From Candidatus Wildermuthbacteria bacterium RIFOXYD1_FULL_50_12 (GTDB lineage Bacteria; Patescibacteriota; Minisyncoccia; Minisyncoccales; UBA10102): a DNA stretch of 57,411 nt. The notes beneath the pieces are model-generated. The model worked only from the letters and a program-made list of their open reading frames with translations, was not told the origin of the DNA and made no database searches. Made by a program: the position numbers and the translations under genes. Below, piece by piece: positions 1-7,318 of the stretch. Position 1 is the stretch's first letter. The number at the start of each line of letters is the position of its first letter. The DNA lies in the NCBI GenBank assembly GCA_001825035.1, contig MHUO01000009.1:20754-78164 (forward strand), given 5' to 3'.

Positions 1-753
1 GTGCCGTGCTTTGGTAACAACTGTGCGCAGGATTGGGAAAGTTTCGTGCTGGGCGTGAATGCCAGCGCGGCTCCCGCTGCCTATGTGCAGCCCATCGAGA
101 ACGAGAGCAAGACATTCGGCTGCGATTTGTGGGTTGAAGTGTTCAACGTGAGCTTGCCCAACGGCGGTATTCCTTGCGATGAAGATATTGATTTGATGCT
201 CGTGCTTGACCGATCTGGAAGCATCGATAGCAGCGAACTTGCTACACTGAAAACAGCCGCAAAGGCATTCGTAGATGCGCTAGTTCCTTCAGCGGATGGG
301 GTGCATATCGGAATGGTGAGCTTTTCTAGCGCAGCAACACTCGATCAAGAGCTCACTGGGGTTGGCCAGGATGTGAAAGATAAGATTGATCTTCTTAGTT
401 CGGGAGGTTTAACCAATCTTGAAGATGCACTTTTGGATGCAGCTGCAGAATTAGCGAGTGTGCGGGATCGTGACGATTCAACCGTCCCGGACTTTATCGT
501 ATTAATCACCGATGGCGCGCCAACAACCAGTAATATGGGTGGGGATCACGCGGCTAATGCAACAGCGGCCGCAACTGCTGCAAAAGCAGCTGGAATTGAA
601 ATCTTCGTTGTAGGAGTTGGTACTACAGGAAGCACAGCAACTTACCTGGAAACCAGCATCGCGAGCACCGATCCTCCAGAGCACTACTTTGACGCTGCTG
701 ATTTCGATGACTTGGAAGCAATTCTGCAGGGACTGACCGAGTGCCCGGCATAA
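1..753 (+). CDS. 5'-truncated exported protein with a Cys-rich locus-specific module followed by a von Willebrand factor A (vWA) domain
   Basis: Open at the window edge. Starts VPCFGNNCAQDW...FGCDLWVEV, the same module that ends the next two ORFs. Then DLMLVLDRSGSIDS (MIDAS DxSxS) ... VLITDGAPT, typical of vWA. Confidence 0.8.
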   Translation: MPCFGNNCAQDWESFVLGVNASAAPAAYVQPIENESKTFGCDLWVEVFNVSLPNGGIPCDEDIDLMLVLDRSGSIDSSELATLKTAAKAFVDALVPSADGVHIGMVSFSSAATLDQELTGVGQDVKDKIDLLSSGGLTNLEDALLDAAAELASVRDRDDSTVPDFIVLITDGAPTTSNMGGDHAANATAAATAAKAAGIEIFVVGVGTTGSTATYLETSIASTDPPEHYFDAADFDDLEAILQGLTECPA

Positions 754-838
754 ATTACTTGGAAACATCATTTTTTATTGATGTTATAAAAGGTCGAAAT
801 CTCATAGAGGTCGTATAACAAACCAAATTGAACAAACA

Positions 839-1621
839 ATGAAAAAGAAAATTTTCGTGGGCGCCTTGAGTTTGGTGGCAGTGGCTGGAGGCGTGGCAGG
901 ATTGTCCGCGTTTGAGGCGCACGTCATCAACGTAACCGCAAAAATCGAGAACGCATTGCAGGTTCCAACCGATCCATTGAATTTCGGAACTGTATTCCCG
1001 CAGGAAGAACTTGACCAAACGTTGCGTGTGGCACTTTCTTCGTCTTTCGCCAGCTCAACCGATGCAAACGATGTTGAGTACATCATTCGCCAAAAACCAA
1101 AATGTGGTGTCACAGAGGATGATGGAGAAACTCTCGTCGGTCCAACTTGGACAGGGCATATCGTAGCTGCCTCGGGTACCTCTGAGTATACAGTGGACTG
1201 TGACGAAGACAGGCCAGATGGAGTAGGCCCCGGCCCAACACCCGATTATTATCTTCTTCCTTCGCTTTGTGAGTATCTTTCCAAGCATCCAGATGCGAAC
1301 CCAACACCAGGGAATGATGATTCTTTGGATTCCTTCCACCAGCCCTGGACAATTAACCCCGATGGAACAATCGACTGGAATGATGTCGAAGGACGACTCG
1401 CAAAGTCTGAACAGGATCTTGAGGACACTTGGACTATCGATCTCAAAGTTCCATGCTTTGGAGATAACTGCGCGCAGGATTGGGCAGATTTCGTGACTGG
1501 AATCAATCCTGACGCAGATCCAGACGACTATGTACTTGATGAAGATCTTGAGCACAAGATTTTCGGGTGCAATCTTTGGATCGAAGTGACCGGAGTTTCC
1601 CGATTTTCTGATGAGGACTAA
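839..1621 (+). CDS. exported protein with a SipW-cognate-like signal (TasA/camelysin-like candidate), paralog 1
   Basis: MKKK plus a hydrophobic segment, then SAFEAHVINVTAKIENAL. Conserved Cys positions; C-terminal WTIDLKVPCFGDNCAQDW...FGCNLWIEV. Confidence 0.8.
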   Translation: MKKKIFVGALSLVAVAGGVAGLSAFEAHVINVTAKIENALQVPTDPLNFGTVFPQEELDQTLRVALSSSFASSTDANDVEYIIRQKPKCGVTEDDGETLVGPTWTGHIVAASGTSEYTVDCDEDRPDGVGPGPTPDYYLLPSLCEYLSKHPDANPTPGNDDSLDSFHQPWTINPDGTIDWNDVEGRLAKSEQDLEDTWTIDLKVPCFGDNCAQDWADFVTGINPDADPDDYVLDEDLEHKIFGCNLWIEVTGVSRFSDED

Positions 1622-1644
1622 ATAACGTCTAAGAGCAAGGTTGT

Positions 1645-2319
1645 ATGAAAAAGAAAATCGCGTTGGCAGGAATAGCTGTATTTGCTGCATTGGGCAGTGT
1701 GGCTGGATTGAGCGCGTTTGAAGCGTATGTGATCAACGTGACCGCGCAGATTGAAAACGCCTTGTTCGTTCACCCAGAAGCGCGGGATTTTGGCACGATG
1801 TTTCCGCAAGAATACAAAGAGCTTGGTTTCTTTGTTACCTTTTCTGAATCATTTTCAACGAGAGATCAAGACAGGGTTTCAAAGATAGACTATCAGATCA
1901 AGCAAAAGCCAAAATGCGCAGACAGCGTAACCAATCCCACGGAATTCAGCAAGGTAACGGAGGATGAGAATGGCGAATTCATCTGCCAGAATCCTGGACA
2001 CGTGATGCTGCCGTTGCTGTGCCCGTATCTGTCGAAAACCCCTGCGAATCTTGACGGAAACGATGTTGGAATTCCGGCATTCCATGATCCAGCCGCGATC
2101 GCCACAGGCACCATTAACAAACAGGCTGCTCATGTTGGCGATAACTGGACGATTGACTTGGCAGTGCCATGCTTTGAGGGGCAGTGCGCGCAGGATTGGT
2201 CTCTCTTTGTGGAAAGCCACAATCCAGACGCTGACCCAGACGAATTTATGGCAAACCCGGAAGATGAGAGCAAGGTATTCGGATGCGATCTTTGGGTGGA
2301 AGTGACAAGGATATATTGA
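1645..2319 (+). CDS. exported protein with a SipW-cognate-like signal, paralog 2
   Basis: MKKK plus a hydrophobic segment, then SAFEAYVINVTAQIENAL. Shares KQKPKC, LLCPYLSK and WTIDLAVPCFEGQCAQDW...FGCDLWVEV with the 839 ORF. Confidence 0.8.
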   Translation: MKKKIALAGIAVFAALGSVAGLSAFEAYVINVTAQIENALFVHPEARDFGTMFPQEYKELGFFVTFSESFSTRDQDRVSKIDYQIKQKPKCADSVTNPTEFSKVTEDENGEFICQNPGHVMLPLLCPYLSKTPANLDGNDVGIPAFHDPAAIATGTINKQAAHVGDNWTIDLAVPCFEGQCAQDWSLFVESHNPDADPDEFMANPEDESKVFGCDLWVEVTRIY

Positions 2320-2334
2320 TTGATTTCTGATTGA

Positions 2335-2368
2335 CCCCGCACCTTTTGCGTACGCAAAAGGTGCGGGG
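2335..2368 (+). terminator. 34-nt perfect palindrome (15-bp stem) after paralog 2
   Basis: CCCCGCACCTTTTGCGTACGCAAAAGGTGCGGGG starts 16 nt after the stop codon. No T-run follows, so it may be a terminator or a processing hairpin. Confidence 0.45.
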
Positions 2369-2383
2369 AAATGGGGAATCAAT

Positions 2384-2791
2384 ATGAAGAAAATTAAAAT
2401 CGCGATTCTCGTCGTTCTCGGAGTCATAGCGCTATTTGTGCTGGTGCAGATTATAAACGCCAGCAAATACGACATGGTGGTGAACGTGGTGGAAGGGGAG
2501 AACGTCGTTGGCGTGAATCCGCTTACGGAGCGCCTGGATTTTGGCGATCTCTCGCGCAACGGCAGATTGGCGCGGCAGGTAAGTGTGGCAAACGGCGGCG
2601 GCATTGATACTTACGTTATGGTGTGGACTCGTGGTGAACTCTCTGATTTGGTACGCGTGGATCCAAATTTCTTTATCGTAGCGCCAGGGCAAGAAGCGAA
2701 AATTTCGCTGGAAGTGCGCATCCCGCCTTCTGCTGAAACCCGGAAATACGAAGGGAAGGTGTGGGTGTTTCGTATTCCCAAGCCAATATAA
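2384..2791 (+). CDS. membrane-anchored small beta-sandwich-like protein, function unknown
   Basis: N-terminal TM (IAILVVLGVIALFVLVQII) followed by a beta-rich ~100 aa region. Its TAA stop overlaps the ATG of the signal peptidase gene (TAATG). Confidence 0.7.
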   Translation: MKKIKIAILVVLGVIALFVLVQIINASKYDMVVNVVEGENVVGVNPLTERLDFGDLSRNGRLARQVSVANGGGIDTYVMVWTRGELSDLVRVDPNFFIVAPGQEAKISLEVRIPPSAETRKYEGKVWVFRIPKPI

Positions 2792-3255
2792 TGGAGAATT
2801 TGGAACAACATGAAGAACGTACAACAGAGAAAAAGAAGTCGGCCGTAAGGAGTATTGTCGGCTGGATTGTGTATCTCGCTATTCTGGGAGGATTGATATA
2901 CGGTACGCCGGTCGTGTTAAGCAAGGTCTTGCAGAGCGAGTACCCCATGGCCGCGATTACGTCGGGTTCGATGTGGCCGACGATGAAAAAGGGAGATCTG
3001 GTCTTTATTAAAGGAGTTGAGGGCAAAGAAGAGATTGAGATTGGCGATATCGTGGTGTACCAGAATCCGCAGGGGTTCACGATTCACCGCGTGGTGGAGT
3101 TTAAAGACGGACAGGTGGTTACAAAGGGTGATGCCAACAATGCAGAAGATACTCCCGTTGCGTGGCGCGACATTATAGGCAAAACAGTGGAATGGCGCGG
3201 GAAGCCGTTTAAAATTTCCAAGCTTGGATATGTGAGCATACTACTAAATCAATGA
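2791..3255 (+). CDS. signal peptidase I, archaeal/ER type (SipW/Sec11-like, S26B)
   Basis: One TM, SGSMWPT (catalytic Ser box), GFTIHRVVE (His box) and TKGDANN (GDxN box). ATG at 2791 preferred over the GTG at 2761. Confidence 0.8.
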   Translation: MENLEQHEERTTEKKKSAVRSIVGWIVYLAILGGLIYGTPVVLSKVLQSEYPMAAITSGSMWPTMKKGDLVFIKGVEGKEEIEIGDIVVYQNPQGFTIHRVVEFKDGQVVTKGDANNAEDTPVAWRDIIGKTVEWRGKPFKISKLGYVSILLNQ

Positions 3256-3265
3256 TTAAAGGAGA

Positions 3266-4984
3266 ATGAGCAGTTACAGCTACTATAAGGAAACGAAGAT
3301 CAAGGTGCGTATATCCCCACTCGACTCCGCTCAGGGCGAGCGGCAGATGGCACTTGCTTTTGCTGCACCTGCTCTCGCGAAAAAGCGGCACGCCGCGCTC
3401 GGGCAGTGGGCGCGGGGTGCACTCGTGCTGGGGTTGGCGGGTTTGGTGGTACTGGGAAGTTCCGGATCCGCAATTTTAGCTTCTGCTTTTGAAGCGCACG
3501 TGGTGAACGTAACCGCCCAGATCGAACCGAGGCCGGAAGAAGAAACCACCACCCTTACTGTTACAAAAATTGTGTGTAACGATGAATCACTTCTTCCCAA
3601 CTGGGGCAATGTGAAAGGAGAGCCGCCTATCACGAGTTCAACGGCGGCGGACTTTCTCGCGAATCTCTCTGAAGACCAGGCCGATGACTGCTGGTTGGAA
3701 GAAGGATGGTTTTTCCAGTGGGCACCAGAAGAAGTATTCAACCAGTTTCCTCCACCCCCTCCGAGCAACACCGGAGAAGCGGGCGCTCCTTGGGTTGCCT
3801 TTGGCCCCACGAATATCAGCGGAGTTGCCAGTATCGTAGTGCCTTTGGATAATATCAACCCGCGCATTTGGGTACGAGAAGTGTTCAAAGAAGGATACTT
3901 CCCATTTTCCGTGGAAGATTCTTCGGTGGATGAAGACCTGCTCGCGTTTGACGACGTGTCTGCAGAGTTTTATTGCCACCGAGACGTTATCTATTACGAC
4001 AACCTTGATTTTGTTTCTTATCCTGCAGCTGGCGAAACTTACTACTGCGTGGCGTTCAACGTAGGGGAGCGTCAAGAACAGCTAAGCAGTACGCCGCAGC
4101 AGACAGTAGTGCTCAATGAGATTTTGCCCAATCCCGAAGGAGACGATAATCAAGACGGATTGCTCGGAGAATGGGTGGAACTGTATAACTTGGGAGATTC
4201 TGCGGTGAATGTTGCTAGCTGGTATTTGGAAGATGATTCTTCTTCTGGGAACCGGCAGACCATTTCCGACAGCAACACGCATACCGGCAGTACGGTTATA
4301 GGAGCCATGGGAAGCGGAAGCGAGTGGCTTGTGGTGTTTATGGCTGGAGTCGTGTTAAACAACACCGGAGATACCGTCTCTCTCTACAACACAGCAGACG
4401 AGCTGCAGGACGAGCATATCTATGGTACGAGCGCAAATGATCAAGATAGCGATACCGATACCACGCCCGGAGAAGAAAACGAACCCGCTGATGACGACGA
4501 TGCGGGCAATGAAGGCAAATCCGTAGCGCGTATTCCAGACGGTGCTGGTGATTGGTTTGATCCTGTGCCCACGCCCGGGGGCCCGAACAAGCTGGAGGAT
4601 TTTGGAGAAGAAGATTCTTCTGGTACATCAGATGGGTCTGGTGGTGGTTCGCCACCTCCTCCAGACGAAGAAGGGCACTCTTCTCTTGCGGAAGTCGATG
4701 AAGAAGGAGAGCTCGAAGGGGGAGAAATGCATGAGGCCGCTGAGGAACCTGCTGAGGAAGAGGGCGAAGGAGAAGAATCAGAGGAGGAAGGGAAACTGGA
4801 AGAAGATGAAAGTGAGGAACCAACAGATGGGCTCAGCGGAGAACCTGTGGAAGATTCCAGCGAAGAGGTCATTGTGGAAGTGAACCAAGAGGAGCAAGAT
4901 GTTCAGAGTGAAGATTCAGATAGCGAGGCCGCAGAGGAAGATGGAACTCCCGAGGAAAGTGCTTCTGAGGAACCAGGGGACTAA
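3266..4984 (+). CDS. exported lamin-tail-domain (LTD) protein with a polyacidic C-terminal tail
   Basis: Hydrophobic segment then SAFEAHVVNVTAQIE. LTD signature VVLNEILPNPEGDD...EWVELYN...GDTVSLYN. The last ~170 aa are rich in E and D. Start uncertain; alternative ATG at 3347. Confidence 0.75.
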   Translation: MSSYSYYKETKIKVRISPLDSAQGERQMALAFAAPALAKKRHAALGQWARGALVLGLAGLVVLGSSGSAILASAFEAHVVNVTAQIEPRPEEETTTLTVTKIVCNDESLLPNWGNVKGEPPITSSTAADFLANLSEDQADDCWLEEGWFFQWAPEEVFNQFPPPPPSNTGEAGAPWVAFGPTNISGVASIVVPLDNINPRIWVREVFKEGYFPFSVEDSSVDEDLLAFDDVSAEFYCHRDVIYYDNLDFVSYPAAGETYYCVAFNVGERQEQLSSTPQQTVVLNEILPNPEGDDNQDGLLGEWVELYNLGDSAVNVASWYLEDDSSSGNRQTISDSNTHTGSTVIGAMGSGSEWLVVFMAGVVLNNTGDTVSLYNTADELQDEHIYGTSANDQDSDTDTTPGEENEPADDDDAGNEGKSVARIPDGAGDWFDPVPTPGGPNKLEDFGEEDSSGTSDGSGGGSPPPPDEEGHSSLAEVDEEGELEGGEMHEAAEEPAEEEGEGEESEEEGKLEEDESEEPTDGLSGEPVEDSSEEVIVEVNQEEQDVQSEDSDSEAAEEDGTPEESASEEPGD

Positions 4985-5023
4985 AGGTCGTGAAAAGAGA
5001 AAGTAGTAGTTATCATTTCTCTT

Positions 5024-5788
5024 ATGAACAAAATTGATTTGAAAAAATACGTCGCGTGGAGTGCGTTCGCCGCTGTAATGGCCACAGGGATGTTTTGGGG
5101 CGGAACTTTATCTGCACAGGATTCAGAGTCCTCCGACATCCCCGAAGTTGTGGTTGGCCAGGTGGGCGGAGGCCAGGAGAATGGCGCGATGATGCAAACA
5201 GCAGAGTTGACCGAAGAGGAGAGGTTGGCGCTCCTTGCGGACATTGCGTGGCAGCTTGAGGAGGCGGAACAAGAGTTGCTTCGTTTGTCTTTAATTCTTG
5301 CGAAGATGGCTCTTGAGGAGCAGGTATTAGCGCTGGAACGGCAACTCCAGGAGCAATTGGCGGTTGAAGCGCAAGAGGTATCTGTGGAAAACCCCCCGCT
5401 GGCAGGGGCAGAAGAACTTGTTCAAGGCTCGGAGTCCGATTTGAAGGAAGAATCCGTCAGTGTTGTCGCTTTTGAGCAGGAAGAAGGTCCGCCAGTCGAC
5501 GGTGAAGAAGAGAGCGAAGATGAAAGAGGTTTTCTTGCTGCGCTCGGTCCTTTGGGCAATTTGGGAACGCCCGAGCTTTCTGCTCTTGGCATCCTTGTTT
5601 TCCTCGCCGCGTTTATTCTGATACGGCGAGTGCGCGCGCGCAAAGAGCGTTCCGGTTTTGTGAAGAGCGCGCCGCCTGCGGTGCCTCAGGTTCCCTCTTC
5701 GCAGCCCTCCGTTCAGCAGCCCCAATCCCAACAGGGAACGCTGCAGGAGCGCAGGGAAGATCTGAAGGATAGAGTTGCTTGGGAGTAG
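5024..5788 (+). CDS. hypothetical secreted or membrane protein with an acidic coiled-coil and a C-proximal TM
   Basis: Signal-like N-terminus, an E/L/Q-rich helical region, then TM LSALGILVFLAAFILI followed by RRVRARK. Confidence 0.6.
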   Translation: MNKIDLKKYVAWSAFAAVMATGMFWGGTLSAQDSESSDIPEVVVGQVGGGQENGAMMQTAELTEEERLALLADIAWQLEEAEQELLRLSLILAKMALEEQVLALERQLQEQLAVEAQEVSVENPPLAGAEELVQGSESDLKEESVSVVAFEQEEGPPVDGEEESEDERGFLAALGPLGNLGTPELSALGILVFLAAFILIRRVRARKERSGFVKSAPPAVPQVPSSQPSVQQPQSQQGTLQERREDLKDRVAWE

Positions 5789-5803
5789 CCCTCTTGGTAT
5801 ACT
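5775..5803 (+). promoter_or_regulatory. candidate sigma70-type promoter for hup
   Basis: TTGCTT, 17-nt spacer, TGgTATACT (extended -10), about 60 nt upstream of the HU start. Confidence 0.4.
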
Positions 5804-5863
5804 ATTGCTTGGATTGCTAAGGTCGAGGCGATTTTGCAATGTTTAAGTTTTTGCATCATCATA

Positions 5864-6139
5864 ATGAACAAAGAACAACTTCTTGAGGTAATGGCGCAAA
5901 AGGCAAACATTACCAAAAAGCAGGCCGGAGAAGCGCTTGAGGCGTTGACCGGCGGAATTGTGGATGCCCTGAAAAAAGGGAAGAGCGTTGCCCTTACGGG
6001 ATTTGGGACTTTTAAGACATCCAAAAGGGCGGCGCGGCAGGGGGTGAATCCGGCAACGGGCGCCAAGATTCAGATTCCGGCCGCCGTCGTCCCCAAGTTC
6101 TCTGCGGGAAAAGGACTGAAGGAAGCGGTAAGGAAATAG
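5864..6139 (+). CDS. hup: DNA-binding protein HU
   Basis: MNKEQLLEVMAQKANITKKQA...GFGTFKTSKRAARQGVNPATGAKIQIPA, a canonical HU/IHF fold sequence. Confidence 0.92.
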   Translation: MNKEQLLEVMAQKANITKKQAGEALEALTGGIVDALKKGKSVALTGFGTFKTSKRAARQGVNPATGAKIQIPAAVVPKFSAGKGLKEAVRK

Positions 6140-6159
6140 GATCAGTGAACGCAAAACAG

Positions 6160-6206
6160 AAAAACACCCTGATCCGCCAGTTGGCGGAGGAAGGGTGTTT
6201 TTCTGT
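6160..6206 (+). terminator. rho-independent terminator after hup
   Basis: AAAAACACCCT...CCGCCA/TGGCGG...AGGGTGTTTTT, a long hairpin ending in a T-run. The A-run on the other side suggests it works in both directions. Confidence 0.7.
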
Positions 6207-6347
6207 TAGTCGGGCCAAGCGGAATTGAACCGCTATCATACCCCCCTGGGCGCGCCGCAGGCGCGGCACCAATCAGGAGTTTGTTCAAAATAGGTTCGAG
6301 CGGCGTTCAGTAATTGCGACCAAGCTAGTGACTAGAAAACGGCACAC

Positions 6348-6377
6348 TTGACAGATTAAGGATACCTTGAGTATGAT
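6348..6377 (+). promoter_or_regulatory. candidate promoter
   Basis: TTGACA, 18-nt spacer, TATGAT. Confidence 0.45.
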
Positions 6378-6452
6378 GAACTAATCAGTATCGCGGTCTT
6401 TGGGATGAAGAACTGTCGACTCATACCAATAACCTTGCTAGGCGACTCAGCC

Positions 6453-6476
6453 GCACCAATTTTGGTGCAGTTTTTT
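6453..6476 (+). terminator. small hairpin plus T-run
   Basis: GCACCA-ATTT-TGGTGC followed by AGTTTTTT, about 75 nt downstream of the 6348 promoter and 33 nt upstream of the 6509 start. Confidence 0.4.
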
Positions 6477-6508
6477 ATAAAAAATAATTAATAATTCATT
6501 CTTTTATT

Positions 6509-7279
6509 ATGAACAAACAAAGATTTTCTCTCGTCAAATTCTCCCCCAAGATTGAAAGTTTTTTTTCTCGCCTCGCTTTGATAGGCATCGCCATACTATC
6601 TCTATTTATAATTGCAACACTGGTTGGCGTAGTAAAAGCAGCGCTCCAAGTAAAAGATACAGATGACTCCTATATTCTTGGAAGACTTGGCATTGGGACC
6701 GATTTTTCTTACTCTCTTCCTTCAGGAATGGGAGACCATAGGCAGCTAACAGTATATGATGATTCGAATATTGCCCTGCTTCGAATAGAGGGATCTGGCG
6801 TGCATACTAATGCCGCTCTAGAACTGGCAAACGCAACGGGTGGTAGGGAACAATGGTCAATAGGCATACGAGCACCCGGAGATATTTCTGGGCCAGAAAA
6901 TAGACTTAATTTTATGTACTTTGATGGTACTGGTTGGGCAGAAAAAATGGCTCTGCGGGACAATGGTAATGTCGGCATTGGAACAACCGACCCCCAAGCA
7001 AAACTCCATATTGGCGATGGGGGTTCTGTTGCATTAGACGGCACAGACTCTGCTGGATTTGCCTTGGGAGGAGATGGAGATACGGGTGGTTGGGGCGGCT
7101 ACTGGTACGGAATGTCTAATGGCGATGCCGCTGTGCTCAATTTGAGTGGTACGAACGACATGGACGCTGACCCCGTATTAATACAGGGCTTTTGGGGAAT
7201 TGGTTTGAGGACTGACCGTGCCAAGATAATTATGGAGCGAGACGGAGAAATTTGTATTGGAAGCGGTTGCCCATACTAA
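6509..7279 (+). CDS. hypothetical membrane-anchored Gly-rich protein (tail-fibre-like GNVGIGTT motif)
   Basis: N-terminal TM. Motifs LGIGTD and GNVGIGTTDPQAKLHIGDGG. Lies in a low-GC region. Confidence 0.65.
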   Translation: MNKQRFSLVKFSPKIESFFSRLALIGIAILSLFIIATLVGVVKAALQVKDTDDSYILGRLGIGTDFSYSLPSGMGDHRQLTVYDDSNIALLRIEGSGVHTNAALELANATGGREQWSIGIRAPGDISGPENRLNFMYFDGTGWAEKMALRDNGNVGIGTTDPQAKLHIGDGGSVALDGTDSAGFALGGDGDTGGWGGYWYGMSNGDAAVLNLSGTNDMDADPVLIQGFWGIGLRTDRAKIIMERDGEICIGSGCPY

Positions 7280-7318
7280 AAACCAAATCCTTGCCAAGAA
7301 TTTCTTAGTTAAAGCGAT

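Noticed and set aside
4338-4872. Long minus-strand and alternate-frame ORFs (S/P-rich or K/R-rich), plus repetitive GAA/GAG runs that could be mistaken for a repeat array.
   Set aside because: They are shadows of the polyacidic tail of the LTD protein. The repetition is codon-level low complexity with no regular repeat-spacer structure. No CRISPR array exists anywhere in the window.
5540-5650. GTPELSALGILVFLAAFILIRRVRARK in the 5024 protein resembles a PEP-CTERM or exosortase-type sorting signal.
   Set aside because: The TM and basic patch are followed by about 50 more residues, so the signal is not C-terminal. The motif is PEL rather than PEP, and no exosortase or archaeosortase gene is present in the window.
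5834-5863. Upstream TTG start for hup, adding MQCLSFCIII.
   Set aside because: HU proteins begin at MNK.., and the extension is hydrophobic and unconserved. The ATG at 5864 was chosen, although no SD precedes either start.
6210-6234. On the minus strand this reads AGCGG-TTCAATT-CCGCT TGGCCCG A. That is a perfect tRNA T-arm plus 3' acceptor strand, suggesting a tRNA gene or an att-site remnant bordering the low-GC block that ends at tRNA-Pro.
   Set aside because: No matching 5' acceptor strand (CGGGCCA), D-arm or anticodon arm could be folded within the next 300 nt. The fragment is not a repeat of the tRNA-Pro 3' end (CCGAG-TTCGACT-CTCGG CACTCCG), so it does not support a tRNA-Pro att duplication. 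It may be a relic of another tRNA or just a hairpin. An adjacent GC hairpin lies at 6251-6265.
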